Assembly (NCBI GenBank): GCA_963745835.1
Contig: CAVUZH010000003.1
Span: 416,001-480,000 of the forward strand
DNA: 64,000 nt
Direction of reading: 5' to 3'
Source: an uncultured delta proteobacterium
GTDB taxonomy: Bacteria > Desulfobacterota > Binatia > UBA9968
Position numbers and translations under genes: made by a program. A model generated the notes under the pieces. That model was given only the letters and a program-made list of their open reading frames with translations, did not search any database and was not told the origin of the DNA. Every line of letters begins with the position of its first letter. Within the stretch, counting starts at the first letter, position 1. Positions 42,666-53,471 of the stretch are shown here, piece after piece.

Positions 42666-44375
42666 ATGTCTACGGAACCGCAAGACTCCACTGATTTTTT
42701 CCGCCGCTTAGTAGAGAGTGTGTCCGATTACGCGATCTTCGCGCTGGATGCGAAAGGTTTTGTTTCAAGCTGGAATCCCGGCGCGCAGCGCATCAAGGGA
42801 TACACCGCAGATGAGATCATAGGCCGGCATTTTTCTTCCTTCTACCCACCGGAGGACGCTGCTTGGGGAAAACCGGCGTGGGAGCTGGAAGTCGCCGCTC
42901 GGGAAGGACGCATCGAAGACGAGGGGTGGCGGGTGCGCAAGGACGGATCACGTTTCTGGGCCAACGTCGTGATCAGCGCCGTGCGAAACGGTCAGGGAGA
43001 GGTAATCGGGTTTGCCAAAGTAACCCGAGATTTGACCGAGCGCCGCAACGCCGAGGAGGCCCTGCGGCGTAGCGAGGAACGCTTCCGGCTGTTGGTCCAG
43101 AACGTCAAGGATTACGCTATCCTGATGCTCGACGCCGAAGGCAATGTTGCAAGCTGGAACGTAGGCGCGCAGGACATCAAGGGATATAGCGCCGATGAGA
43201 TTCTCGGCCGTTCCTTTACCTTGTTCTACCCGCCTGAGGCCGTCGCGGAGGGTTTTCCGCAGCACGAATTGAACGTGGCCGCGCGCGAAGGGCGTTTCGA
43301 GGACGAAGGCTGGCGCGTGCGCAAAGACGGGTCGCGCTTCTGGGCCAATGTTGTGATTACCGCTTTGCGCAACAGCGATGGACGGCTCGTTGGATTTGCC
43401 AAAGTCACCCGTGATCTCACCACCCGTCGCGAAGCCGAGGCGCAGGCACGCCGGCTCGCTGCCGAACAGGCGGCCCATGCTGAAGCCGAGCGCCGCAGCG
43501 CTGAGCTCGCCCAACTCAATCAGCGGCTTCAGGAACAAGCGATCAAGCTCGAAACCCAGGCCGAGGAGTTGCGCAATTTCGCCGAGGCCCTCCATCACCG
43601 GAACGAGGAACTCCAGACGGCGCTTGCCGATACCAAGGCAGCGCGTGAGGCGGCGGAGCGCGCCGCCGCCGCGGCCGTGGATGCGTACCGAGAGCTCGAT
43701 CAGTTCGCGTACGCCGCATCCCACGATCTAAAAGCTCCGTTGCGCGGCATCGCCAACCTGGCGCAGTGGATTCAAGATGATACCGGCGAGCGGCTTGGCG
43801 CCGAGTCCACCGAGCACATCCGCTTGCTGCAAGGGCGGGTGCAGCGCATGGAGGCGCTGATCGATGGCATTCTTGCCTACTCGCGCGCGGGCCGCATGTT
43901 GAATTCGCCCGAACGGATTGACACCGGCGCGCTGGTGCGCGAAGTGATCGAGCTGCTGGCGCCGCCCGCTGACGTTGCTATCGAGGTGCCGTCGCAGATG
44001 CCGGCGGTGAACGCGGAACGCGTGCCGTTGCAGCAGGTGTTCTTGAACCTCATCGGCAACGCGGTGAAACACAGCAGGATCGAGCGCTCTGACGTAATTG
44101 TCCGCATCGATTGGCGGGATCTGGGGGATGCGTTCGAGTTCTCGGTGGGCGACAATGGCCCCGGAATCGATCCGGAGTATCACGAGCGGATCTGGGGCAT
44201 CTTCCAGACGCTGGCGCCACGCGACAAGGTTGAAGGCGCCGGCATCGGCCTTTCGGTGGTCCGAAAAATCGTCGAGACGCGCGGTGGCTCTACATCCGTG
44301 GAGTCCTCTCCGAATCAGGGCGCGACATTTCGCTTTATCTGGCCCAAGACTGTTCGACAAGAGGCGCTTGCATGA
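42666..44375 (+). CDS. PAS-PAS sensor histidine kinase
   Basis: Two highly similar PAS-PAC units (DYAI..LD..G.V.SWN.GA...EGWRVRKDGSRFWANVVI), H-box ASHDLKAPLR, N-box NLIGNA, DNGPG, GIGLS. Confidence 0.95.
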   Translation: MSTEPQDSTDFFRRLVESVSDYAIFALDAKGFVSSWNPGAQRIKGYTADEIIGRHFSSFYPPEDAAWGKPAWELEVAAREGRIEDEGWRVRKDGSRFWANVVISAVRNGQGEVIGFAKVTRDLTERRNAEEALRRSEERFRLLVQNVKDYAILMLDAEGNVASWNVGAQDIKGYSADEILGRSFTLFYPPEAVAEGFPQHELNVAAREGRFEDEGWRVRKDGSRFWANVVITALRNSDGRLVGFAKVTRDLTTRREAEAQARRLAAEQAAHAEAERRSAELAQLNQRLQEQAIKLETQAEELRNFAEALHHRNEELQTALADTKAAREAAERAAAAAVDAYRELDQFAYAASHDLKAPLRGIANLAQWIQDDTGERLGAESTEHIRLLQGRVQRMEALIDGILAYSRAGRMLNSPERIDTGALVREVIELLAPPADVAIEVPSQMPAVNAERVPLQQVFLNLIGNAVKHSRIERSDVIVRIDWRDLGDAFEFSVGDNGPGIDPEYHERIWGIFQTLAPRDKVEGAGIGLSVVRKIVETRGGSTSVESSPNQGATFRFIWPKTVRQEALA

Positions 44376-44788
44376 GCAATTCACCGCTCAACATCCTGCT
44401 GGTTGAGGACGACGAGGTCGATGTGATGAACGTGAAGCGCGCGTTCGACAAGAACCACATCACCAACCCGCTGTTCGTGGCCGGCAATGGTTTTGAAGCT
44501 CTGGAGAAGCTGCGCAGCGGCGAGGTCCCGCAAAGCCGGCGCATCGTTCTTCTCGATCTCAACATGCCGCGAATGAACGGCATCGAGTTTCTCCGGCACT
44601 TGCGAAACGATCCCGCGCTCGCCTCGACGCCTGTGGTCGTTCTCACGACATCTAATAATGATCGCGACAAGATCGACGCCTTCAATCTCAACGTGGCCGG
44701 TTATCTGGTGAAGCCGGTTACGTTCGCGGAATTCTCCGACCTGATGGTGACACTCAACAAATATTGGACGCTCGTTGAAATGCCGTGA
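44372..44788 (+). CDS. Response regulator (Rcp1-like single REC)
   Basis: ILLVEDD, LLDLNMPRMNG, PVVVLTTS, YLVKP; ATGA overlap with the kinase. Confidence 0.92.
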   Translation: MSNSPLNILLVEDDEVDVMNVKRAFDKNHITNPLFVAGNGFEALEKLRSGEVPQSRRIVLLDLNMPRMNGIEFLRHLRNDPALASTPVVVLTTSNNDRDKIDAFNLNVAGYLVKPVTFAEFSDLMVTLNKYWTLVEMP

Positions 44789-46392
44789 GCGACGACACCT
44801 CCAGGAATTTGGGCGCACAGATCCCACCGATCGGCGCTCCCCTGCGCATTCTCCTAGTCGAGGATGACGAACTGGACCGCCGCGCCGTGCGGCGATGTTT
44901 GCAACAGTGCGGAATCCCCGTGACCGCCGAGGATGCGACTTCGGCGGAGGAGACGCTGCAGCGAATTGGTTCAGCGCCTTACGATTGCGTGCTGCTCGAT
45001 TATTACATTCCTGGCGTGTCGGGATTGGCGCTCTTCCAGAAAATCAGAGAAGTGGCGGCCGCTATGCCGGTGGTGATTTTCACCGGGCGTGGCGATGAAG
45101 ATATCGCCGTCGAATTGATGAAAGCAGGGGCTGCGGATTATCTCCCCAAGGCGTCGCTCACCGCCGAGCGGCTGGCATCGAGCCTGCGTCACATCATCGA
45201 ATTCTCAGCGGTCGCTGAGGCTCGCAGACGCGCCGAAGAGGAGCTGCGCGCGCAAGAGGCGCGCTTCCGCACGTTGGTTAACGCCATCCCGCAGCTCGCC
45301 TGGATGACTGACCGGACCGGCGCGCGTTATTGGTTCAACGATCGATGGTACGATTACACCGGCACCAGCTTCGAAGAGGTTCGGGGCTGGGGTTGGCAGA
45401 AGGCGCATCACCCGGACCACTTGCAACGGGTTCTCGAGAGCATGCGGCACAGCTTCGATGCCGGTGCGCCCTGGGAAGACACCTACCCGCTGCGCGGCAA
45501 GGATGGAACGTACCGTTGGTTCCTGACGCGGGCTCTGCCGATCCGCGGCGAAGATGGCAGCATCACCAACTGGCTCGGCACAAACACCGACATCACCGAG
45601 CAGAAAAACGCCGAGGCCGAGCGCGAGCGCGCGCTTGCTTTGGAGCAACAGGTGCGCAGCGAGGCAGAGCGCGCCACCCGAGCGCGAGATGAGGTTATGG
45701 CGATTGTGGCACACGATCTGCGCAATCCCATGAACACCATTCTCACCTCAGCAACAATCATCGGCGATTCGCTTGAACAAGGGGCGAAGAAAAGTGTCGA
45801 TATTTCCAATCCGGCGTTATTGGCGGATCTCAAGACCTGCGTTGAGGCGATCCAGAGTTCGGTGAAGACCATGGACCGGCTGATCTGTGATTTGCTGGAC
45901 GTCTCGCGTATGGAAGCCGGCAGTTTTTCGATACAGAGTTCGCACGTCGACATCGGTGCCTTGCTGGAGGAAAATCTCAAACTATGCGAATCGCAGGCCC
46001 GGGCAAAAAAAATCAAGGTGAGCAGCGAGATCCCCTCCGGCCTGCCGCCGGTCAGCGGAGATCGCAATCGCTTGGATCAGGTGCTCTCCAACCTGTTGGG
46101 CAATGCGTTTAAGTTCACTCCTGAAGGGGGCCGGGTTGTCGTGCGGGCGCGCAAGATCGATGCCTCAGTTGAGATCACGGTGGAAGACTCCGGCCCGGGA
46201 ATCCCGGCTGCTGACTTGCCGCGCATCTTCGATCGTTATTGGCGAGGTGACCGCGCCTCACGAAACGGCGCGGGGCTTGGACTGGCGATCTGCAAAGGGA
46301 TTGTCGATGCCCATGGCGGAAAGATCTGGGTCGAGAGCGCGCCGGGCCGTGGGACAACGTTCTGGTTTACGGTGCCTTGCGCTGCCGATTAG
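44785..46392 (+). CDS. Hybrid REC-PAS-histidine kinase
   Basis: N-terminal REC (LLVEDD, LLDY, YLPK), PAS (HHPDH...YRWFL), H-box AHDLRNP, NAFKFT, GAGLGL. Confidence 0.92.
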   Translation: MSDDTSRNLGAQIPPIGAPLRILLVEDDELDRRAVRRCLQQCGIPVTAEDATSAEETLQRIGSAPYDCVLLDYYIPGVSGLALFQKIREVAAAMPVVIFTGRGDEDIAVELMKAGAADYLPKASLTAERLASSLRHIIEFSAVAEARRRAEEELRAQEARFRTLVNAIPQLAWMTDRTGARYWFNDRWYDYTGTSFEEVRGWGWQKAHHPDHLQRVLESMRHSFDAGAPWEDTYPLRGKDGTYRWFLTRALPIRGEDGSITNWLGTNTDITEQKNAEAERERALALEQQVRSEAERATRARDEVMAIVAHDLRNPMNTILTSATIIGDSLEQGAKKSVDISNPALLADLKTCVEAIQSSVKTMDRLICDLLDVSRMEAGSFSIQSSHVDIGALLEENLKLCESQARAKKIKVSSEIPSGLPPVSGDRNRLDQVLSNLLGNAFKFTPEGGRVVVRARKIDASVEITVEDSGPGIPAADLPRIFDRYWRGDRASRNGAGLGLAICKGIVDAHGGKIWVESAPGRGTTFWFTVPCAAD

Positions 46393-46555
46393 TTCTCCAG
46401 AATTTGCTACCGGCGTACGGTAATTGAAATTCGCCCTGTGATCGTCTCCTCTGCGATCCTGATCGTCGACAGAACATGCCCGCCCTAGCGTGACGGAATC
46501 AAAATGGCGCCGCGCAACTATTTCTTTCGTCATCCGTTGGTCTATATTCAGTGAC

Positions 46556-48031
46556 ATGAAACACACAATTGATCCCGATGGCCTGCGGCTGCCGATTAAA
46601 CTCGATAGCACTTCCAACGGTGAGTTCACGCCGGTGCCCCTCTCGCCGGCAAATCGGGCCGCCAACCGGCTGGCGCACCAGGCGGCGAGCCAAAACGCCA
46701 AGCGCTTGGGTGTTAGTCGCCGCGACTTTTTGATTTCGGCCTGTGGCGCGGCGAGCACGTTGCTCGCCTTGAACGCCGCTAGCGCGGCTGTGGGAAAGCG
46801 CGGCGGCTTTTTCGAGCTCGAGGCAGAAGCCGCTCTCGAGCCGCAGCTGGCGCAGGCGCGAGTCGGCAGCAAGGGTGAGTTCATCTTCGATGTGCAGGGC
46901 CACTTCGTTGATCCGACCGGGGCGTGGGTGAAGACAGCGCCCGCCGACGCTTTCAAGTGGTCGCCAAAAGCGAGCTGCGGCCTGGCTGCCAAGCCTGGGG
47001 CGCGCAGTCATCTCAACTGCCTCGGTCCCGAGGAGTTCGTCAAAGATGTGTTTCTCGACAGCGATACCGACATGATGGTGCTCTCGTTCGTGCCGTCGCG
47101 CCGTGATTCGGAGCCGCTGACGATTCAGGCCGCCGATGCGGTGCGCCGCACGATTGACCGGATGGAAGGCTCGCACCGGCTGTTGCTCCATGGACGGGTC
47201 AATCCGAATCAACCCGGCGATCTTGAGGCGATGGATGAACTTAAAGAGCGCTGGAAAGTCAGCGCATGGAAGACCTACACCCAGTGGGGTGTGGACGGCA
47301 AAGGATTTTTCCTATCCGATGACATCGGCACCCGCTTCATCGAGAAGGCGCGCGCGCTCGGCGTGAAGGTGATCTGCGTGCACAAGGGTCTGCCGTTCGG
47401 CAAGCAATCCTACGAGCACAGCCAGTGCAGCGACATCGGCGTGGTCGCCAAGCGTTTTCCGGATGTAAGTTTTCTCATTTACCACTCGGGTTTTGTTACC
47501 GGAGTTCCCGAGCGCGCCTTCACCGGCCGCGGCGCCGGCGACGGTATCGACACCCTCATCCGCTCGCTGATCGAAAACGAGGTCAAACCCAACAGCAACG
47601 TTTACGCCGAGCTCGGCAGCACCTGGCGCTTTCTCATGCGCGACCGGGACGGCGCGGCGCATGCGTTGGGCAAGCTGGTCAAGTATTGCGGCGAGAACAA
47701 CGTCTTGTGGGGCACCGATTCGATTTGGTACGGCTCGCCCCAGGATCAGATCGAGGCGTTTCGCACTTTTCAGATTGCGCCGGAACTGCGCGACAAGCAC
47801 GGCTACGCCGAGATCACACCGGCGTTGCGCGCCAAGATTTTCGGGCTGAACGCGAGCCGGATCTATGCAATCAGTGCGGATGAAGTGAAGAAGCACACCC
47901 GCGCCGACACGATCGGCAAGCAACGCCTGGCGTACCGCGAGCATCCCGAGCCGCACTATCTCACCTACGGGCCCAAGACCCGGCGCGAGTTTCTAAACTT
48001 GCTCGGTTGGAACGGCGGCTCACGCGCTTAG
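46556..48031 (+). CDS. Amidohydrolase family protein with internal twin-arginine-like motif
   Basis: FDVQGH, CVHKG, IYHSG, WGTDSIWYG, IFGLNA; SRRDFL plus hydrophobic stretch at about residue 55. Confidence 0.85.
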   Translation: MKHTIDPDGLRLPIKLDSTSNGEFTPVPLSPANRAANRLAHQAASQNAKRLGVSRRDFLISACGAASTLLALNAASAAVGKRGGFFELEAEAALEPQLAQARVGSKGEFIFDVQGHFVDPTGAWVKTAPADAFKWSPKASCGLAAKPGARSHLNCLGPEEFVKDVFLDSDTDMMVLSFVPSRRDSEPLTIQAADAVRRTIDRMEGSHRLLLHGRVNPNQPGDLEAMDELKERWKVSAWKTYTQWGVDGKGFFLSDDIGTRFIEKARALGVKVICVHKGLPFGKQSYEHSQCSDIGVVAKRFPDVSFLIYHSGFVTGVPERAFTGRGAGDGIDTLIRSLIENEVKPNSNVYAELGSTWRFLMRDRDGAAHALGKLVKYCGENNVLWGTDSIWYGSPQDQIEAFRTFQIAPELRDKHGYAEITPALRAKIFGLNASRIYAISADEVKKHTRADTIGKQRLAYREHPEPHYLTYGPKTRREFLNLLGWNGGSRA

Positions 48032-48370
48032 CAGGCTGCTGAAAGAGACCATATACTTCGTTGCAACCCAAATTACGCAGTTCAAAGTGACACAACGATC
48101 AAGGGACGAACCCTCCGGAGCGAAGGCAATAGGTCTCTGGTTGATAGCGGCCTGCAAGCTCCAGTGTTTTAGCGGACGCTTGAAAATTTGTCGGCTCAGG
48201 GCCAAGCACCATAGACGGCATTGAAATTGTTCGCTTCTGTGCCTTCACTCCTCCAGGCTCGCCCCTCGATCACTAAACAATGATCTATCTCTACTGCGGA
48301 ATCTGGGCTCAATCGCCTCGTCTCTGGATCTTTTTGAACAGCCTGGAAGCGCCGTTTTCAGCAACCGCTC
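48028..48370 (+). mobile_element. MITE family A, degenerate copy interrupted by a second element
   Basis: Left part TTAGCAGGCTGCTGAAAGAGACCATATACTTCGTTGCA (48028-48065). Right part CTCAATCGCCTCG|TCTCTGGATCTTTTTGAACAGCCTG...TTTTCAGCAACC (48308-48366). Confidence 0.7.
48067..48307. mobile_element. MITE-like element B (241 bp) nested in element A
   Basis: Terminal IRs CCCAAATTACGCAGT / ACTGCGGAATCTGGG (13/15 match). Internal 32-bp inverted arms (24/32) at ~48097-48128 and ~48240-48271. Confidence 0.65.
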
Positions 48371-48423
48371 GGCGAAATAGGGCGAAATAGAAGGACACTC
48401 TGTATTTCTATTTTACCGATGCG

Positions 48424-49470
48424 TCAGTTACGGGTGATCTCCTGCAGCAGCTGGAGCCAAACGTCGGCGCGCTTTTCATATTCCTCGGTTGTCAAACCCT
48501 TTTCCGGGTACCAGCGCTCGAATCCCGAAACCTTTGCGGCGCTGCCGTAGAAAAGTTGCTCCGAGTACATCTTCTGTCCATCCGGTCCGAGCAAGAAATC
48601 AATAAATAACAAAGCCGCATGAGGATTGGGCGCATTGGCAATGACCGCGGCGCTGCCCGCGTTCACGGCCACCACTTCCATTGGCACCCAGACGACCGGC
48701 GCGCCTTTAGTGGCGGCGGGCTGCGTGAGATTGGTTTGCACCATCGTGAACGACAGCGGCGCTTCGCCGGAGATGATCAGGTCGGTTAGCCCCGCGGCAG
48801 TGGTTGTATGGGGCCGGATATCCTGTGATCTCAACTTTTTCACAAAGCCCTCGCCCTTGGCCTTGAGCATGGCGCCGATCGCCCGCGCGCCGGTTTCATT
48901 GTTTGCCGTTGACATCTTGCCTTTGAGCGACGGGTTGAGCAGGTCGTCGAATTTCTTCGGCACCAGAGCCGCTGGTATAACGTTGGTGTTGTAGCCGACG
49001 CCGATTAAAGATTCCCGGTCGGTTGCCCAGAAAACTAGATCACCCGACGCTGATTCCTTAGCGACGTCCGGATAGTTCGCCAGGTGTGGCGACAAGAACG
49101 GTTGAAGAGCCTGGGCATCTCGCAAGAGCATGAGCTGAGGCGGGGTCGATTCGATCGCATCCGCCAGGTAACGTTTGGCGCGGCGTTCTTCCAACAGTCG
49201 AGTAGCCAGCGTGTTGCCGGCGGCGCGGTAAACGTCGACGGCGATGCCGGGGTATTTAGCTTGAAATACCTTGGCGATGTGCTTGTTCGGCACCAACGAA
49301 GTATACCAAAGTAATTTGCCCTCTTTCTTGGCGCCTTCGTAAAGAATCCGCTCGCGGTCCGCGCCGTTGTATTTCGCCAATTCGGCGAGCGTGCTCGGTT
49401 TGCTGCCCTGCGCCCATGCGTTTGGCAACAGGGCTAAGACAAAAGCTACGACCATAATAGAAAATCTCAT
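48424..49470 (-). CDS. ABC transporter extracellular solute-binding protein (Fe3+/polyamine-type)
   Basis: Signal peptide; GAKKEGKLLWYTS, YNTN, DLLNPSLKGK, APNPHAALLFIDFLL. Confidence 0.88.
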   Translation of the reverse strand: MRFSIMVVAFVLALLPNAWAQGSKPSTLAELAKYNGADRERILYEGAKKEGKLLWYTSLVPNKHIAKVFQAKYPGIAVDVYRAAGNTLATRLLEERRAKRYLADAIESTPPQLMLLRDAQALQPFLSPHLANYPDVAKESASGDLVFWATDRESLIGVGYNTNVIPAALVPKKFDDLLNPSLKGKMSTANNETGARAIGAMLKAKGEGFVKKLRSQDIRPHTTTAAGLTDLIISGEAPLSFTMVQTNLTQPAATKGAPVVWVPMEVVAVNAGSAAVIANAPNPHAALLFIDFLLGPDGQKMYSEQLFYGSAAKVSGFERWYPEKGLTTEEYEKRADVWLQLLQEITRN

Positions 49471-49534
49471 TGCTCTTTTGCTCCTTTATCCACTTTCGTA
49501 ACACGGCCAAGCGATGATCAATAGATCTAACTAA

Positions 49535-49747
49535 CCCTAATCCGACAATAGTTGAGCGCAGTCAGCAATGCAGCGAGGACGGCGAGACTGGAAGCCGTCG
49601 GCAGTCGAGCACTCAGTTGGCTCTAAGGCCCCGACGCACCAAACATCACCTTTAGGAGAATGCGGGGTGGCCTTTAAGGCACTGTCCCATTGCGCACGGC
49701 TGCAGGGCTCGCTGTCCTTGCGCGATTCGAATAATGTCGGATTAGGG
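49535..49747. mobile_element. MITE-like element C (213 bp)
   Basis: Perfect 13-bp terminal IR CCCTAATCCGACA / TGTCGGATTAGGG; flanks CTAA / CCAA; inner arms GCGAGGACGGCGAG and CTCGCTGTCCTTGC. Confidence 0.65.
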
Positions 49748-49768
49748 CCAACTACTAATAATGCCCGA

Positions 49769-50584
49769 TCACTTTTCGTTTAGTTGCATCACGCCCGATG
49801 TCGGTCTGAGTTTTTTCTGAACAAACTGCTCCAGCCCCGGCCGGCCGCCATGGTCGCGTATAGTTCGCTGCGAGATCAAGTTGGAAATTTCGTAGGCAAC
49901 TTCCGGAGCTGCATAGGAACTGTAGTACCACGCCTCTTTGACGGCTTTTAAACCCAGCGGGCTTTTTTCTCTGAGGGATAAAGCGAGCTCGGCAACCTCT
50001 CGGTCCAATTCCGACTTGGGAACGGCCTTCGAGATGAGGCCAATCCGTTCGGCCTCTTGGGCGGTCATCATCTTGCCCGTGAGCGCGTAGTAGAGCCCGT
50101 GCTTGGGCTGAAGATGCTCGGTCATCACCGAGGTCGTATCTCCGGCAGGGAAATGGCCGAAATTGACTTCGGGTAAACCGAACAGCGCGTCTTCGGCGGC
50201 CAGCGCGATATCGCAGCCGGCCACCACGGTGAGCGCTCCACCCAGGCACCAGCCGGTGATGCGCGCGATGACCGGCTGCGGTAGGGTGCGCAACATTTCG
50301 TTGCGCCAGCGGCGAACCTTTTCCCGGACTTGGTCGCGCACCTGCTCCGGTTGGCTCTCCATCTCCAGAGAATATTGCTTGAGGTCCTGCCCGGCGCAGA
50401 AGTTATCACCGGCCCCGGTGAGCACAACCACACGGGTCTCTTTGTCGTAGCGAATCTCCGTCAGCAGGTCGAACATTTCACGATGCAACTGAGGACTCAT
50501 CGCGTTGCGCTTCTCCGGGCGGTTAAACGTAATCGTCGTGATGCCGTTCTCCTTTGATACCAGCAGGGTTTCATATGTCGCCAT
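49769..50584 (-). CDS. Enoyl-CoA hydratase/isomerase family, hydroxycinnamoyl-CoA hydratase-lyase-like
   Basis: FNRPEKRNAMSP, FCAGQDL, GWCLGG, FGLPEVNFG; C-terminus GGRPGLEQFV resembles HCHL/Ech; AAGGAG RBS. Confidence 0.85.
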   Translation of the reverse strand: MATYETLLVSKENGITTITFNRPEKRNAMSPQLHREMFDLLTEIRYDKETRVVVLTGAGDNFCAGQDLKQYSLEMESQPEQVRDQVREKVRRWRNEMLRTLPQPVIARITGWCLGGALTVVAGCDIALAAEDALFGLPEVNFGHFPAGDTTSVMTEHLQPKHGLYYALTGKMMTAQEAERIGLISKAVPKSELDREVAELALSLREKSPLGLKAVKEAWYYSSYAAPEVAYEISNLISQRTIRDHGGRPGLEQFVQKKLRPTSGVMQLNEK

Positions 50585-50762
50585 TTTTTTTCTCCTTTTG
50601 GTCGTAAGTTCGATCGAGTGTATCGAGACGTGATTGCCAGCGCCACTCCTCCTACAGGTTGGCTCAATGATTACGGCGAGATACCAGTAGCTCAGGTTTT
50701 TGCTGCCGCGGTGGCCGAGATGATCGCTGGCAATCCAGCAGCCAGGTCGACGTCCAGGATTG

Positions 50763-50916
50763 CTAACAGCGTGCTGAAAAAAGCCTCTTGCAGGCGGCTC
50801 AAAAAAATCCAGAGGCGAGGCGCCGGAAAATCGACGAGCGCAGGCGTACTTACAGTACGTTTAGCGCGGCGATGAGCGGCAACGAAGCATATGGGTGTTT
50901 TTCAGCAGCCTGTTAG
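50763..50916 (-). mobile_element. MITE family A, copy 2
   Basis: CTAACAGCGTGCTGAAAAAAGCC ... TTTTTCAGCAGCCTGTTAG; reverse-oriented match to 31502-31657; overlaps the stop codon of the glycoside hydrolase. Confidence 0.8.
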
Positions 50917-52296
50917 GGATCGATGCGAAAGATCGCGACTTCCCCGGGTGTCAGGCGAATGTCAGATAGAGTATGGCCGTCGAATCCCGAATGCTTTGCA
51001 GAGCTCCCATCCAATTCATATCTCACCGCGGTTCTTCCCCGCGTTTTCAAGGTTGCGCTGACCGTTGGGCTTGCCGATTTGTCATAGATGAACAGGACCT
51101 GGCTGCCATCCGGCCTCTTGAAAAGATGCCGGTACAACTCTTTGGCTTCACCTGCCGACACCGCCACCGTCAACTCGCTTGGGGCGGTGGTAAGAGTGCC
51201 GACGTCTAAAAGATCGGTCAGCAGATCGACGGTGTAGAAGGCGAGCTTTTTGCCGCGGTCGGCTCGGGTGATTCCCAGATAATGATTTTTCTGGTCGCCG
51301 ATGGTCTCTTTGCCGAGCGGCAAATCTTTGATCTCATAGACGCCGATGTGTTCTACGTCAGGATCGGCAAGAAAGGTGCTGACTGCCCGCGCCCACCAGT
51401 TGGCTTGTTCCCGTTCGGTTTTATCCGGCGTAACGGAAAAACCCATCTCGTTTATCCAGATCGGTTCTGCCTCGCCTGAGAGTTTTATTGTCGATCACGA
51501 AAGACTCGCGGTAGTGGCGATCCAAGTAATTTTCGACATTGACGCCGCTCTCGGTCCAAGTTTCGGGATAGGCATGGAACGGAGTTATGTCGTAGTAACG
51601 AGCGTATCCGTCGCCGGCGATTGACTGAAGCCACTCGACATCAGGGAACACAAACCCGCCCAAAATGACTTGCGCTGCGGGGTTGGCGGCCCGGATCGCC
51701 AGCGCACCCTGGCGCAGCGTCTCTTTATATTCTTCGATGGAGCCATCCCACCACTGTGGCGAGTTTTGCTCGTTGTAGATTTCGTACGAAAGGACGTTGG
51801 GAAACTCACGCAATGCGGAGGCAAGATTGTAAACGAAATCGTGCCACGCTTGGTAATCGGCGGGAGGATTGTTCCAGTCGGCGCCATCGGCGCTGCCGGC
51901 GGTGCCCGCCCAACGCGGCGTGTAGCCGATGTAAGGCCGGAGCTTGATGCCATGCTGCGCCGCCAGCTTGACGAATTCTTTTAACCAGACGAAATCGTAC
52001 TGGCCGCGGACCGGCTCATAATCGTCCCAGCCGAAGCTGCATCGTAGCGTGTCGATTTCCAACTCGCGCATGAGTTGAAAATCCTTGGCGATCTCGTTGA
52101 GATCTTCGCCCTTGTCGTAATCTTCCAAAATAGCGAAAGAGACTTTCTTGCTGACGCTTTGCGCCGATCCCTGGTTGAGTTGAAGCGCGGGACTACAGGA
52201 CGAGATCCAGACGAGGAGTAGGAGCAGGGCAGAGTTGGCGAGCCTTCGATGCTTGCGGTCCGAGGTCTTGCGGATGGTGACCGAGCTAAATGTCAT
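50913..52296 (-). CDS. Clan GH-A glycoside hydrolase, probable lipoprotein; apparent frameshift near 51480
   Basis: Lipobox-like LVWISSC; acid/base YEIYNEQ; FHAY; nucleophile IWINEMG reconstructed across ORFs 51421..52296 and 50913..51446. Confidence 0.75.
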
Positions 52297-52462
52297 AGCT
52301 CCTGTTGGTTCGTCTCCCCTAGATGGCCTGAGCGCCGCAGGGTAGGCTCGACGACGACCGAGTGGCAGTTAGAAATTAGTCGAGATATTTCTCGGGCCGC
52401 GTTTGCAATCCGCACCGCTAAGTTTCCCCGGCCGACTGTTCTCAGCTCCAGGAAAACAAAAC

Positions 52463-53471
52463 TCAGGATGTCTTTAGATTGAACAAGCCCGCCGCGGTTT
52501 TGCCGAGAATCGCAGTCTTCTCCGTTGTCGAACAGGGAGCCTGGCGGATCATGTCCAGAGATTCGATGATATTTGCCGCGCTTTTGCACTCCAACGGGTA
52601 ATCGCTGCCGAACATGATGCGATCGGCGGTGGTGGTGTTGAGCGCGGCAGCCATCGCCGGCAGCCACGCGCCGGTGCCGGCGGTGTCGAAATAAAGCGAC
52701 TGGAAGAGTTTCTCAAAACGTTCGGTGATACCGAATTTTTTCTGCTCGTTTTGGGTTTTCAGATAGCCTCTCATATCGGCTGGAATATCGGCGTCGTCGG
52801 TTTCAAAGAAAGCCATCATGCGTCCTTTGAGCGAGGAGGTGGCGCCGCCCAGGTGAGGCATGATGAAACGCAGCTCAGGATAGCGCGGCAGCACGCTGCA
52901 CATGACCCGCACGATGGCTTGCGTAGTCTCCAGCGGGCGAAACACGCAGCGATCGAGATTGTAGGTCGTTTCCGAGCCGGTGGGCTTGGACTGCGGGTGA
53001 ATGATGATCGGCAGATTATTTTTCTGAATGATCTCGAAGAGCGGGTTCATGATCGGATTGTCGAGCTGAATTTCGAGATGGCAGGCGAGCAGCGCCACCG
53101 CGCGCAATCCCAACTCGTTGATGCCGCGCTCGAGCTCGCGCTTGGCCGCTTCGGGCTCATGAATCGGCAGGTGAATCGCGCCGCGAAAGCGAGCTCGGGT
53201 GTTTCGTCGCGACCTCGGCGATGCCGTCGTTCAGAGCCTTGGCCACATCCGCGCCCATGACTTGCACCTGATCGGTCAGGATGGACACGGTCACGCCGGA
53301 ATCGTCCATGGTTTTAAGATGGGCTTCGAGATCCTTGCGCGAAGGATTGAGGGTCAAACTAATCTCGTTAGTGACAATCCGTTTGCCGCCGGCTTGCGCC
53401 GCCAGGCGGTCAAAGAGCACAGCCGGCATAAAATGGTGGTGCACATCGACGATAAGGTCTGCTGCGGCCAT
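52463..53471 (-). CDS. Amidohydrolase_2 family protein; apparent frameshift near 53195
   Basis: VDVHHH in ORF 53157..53471; IIHP, PHLGG, YFDTA and FGSDYP in ORF 52463..53113; AAGGAG RBS. Confidence 0.8.

Noticed and set aside
42690-43430. Internal duplication in the sensor kinase as a novel repeat
   Set aside because: These are ordinary tandem PAS-PAC domains.
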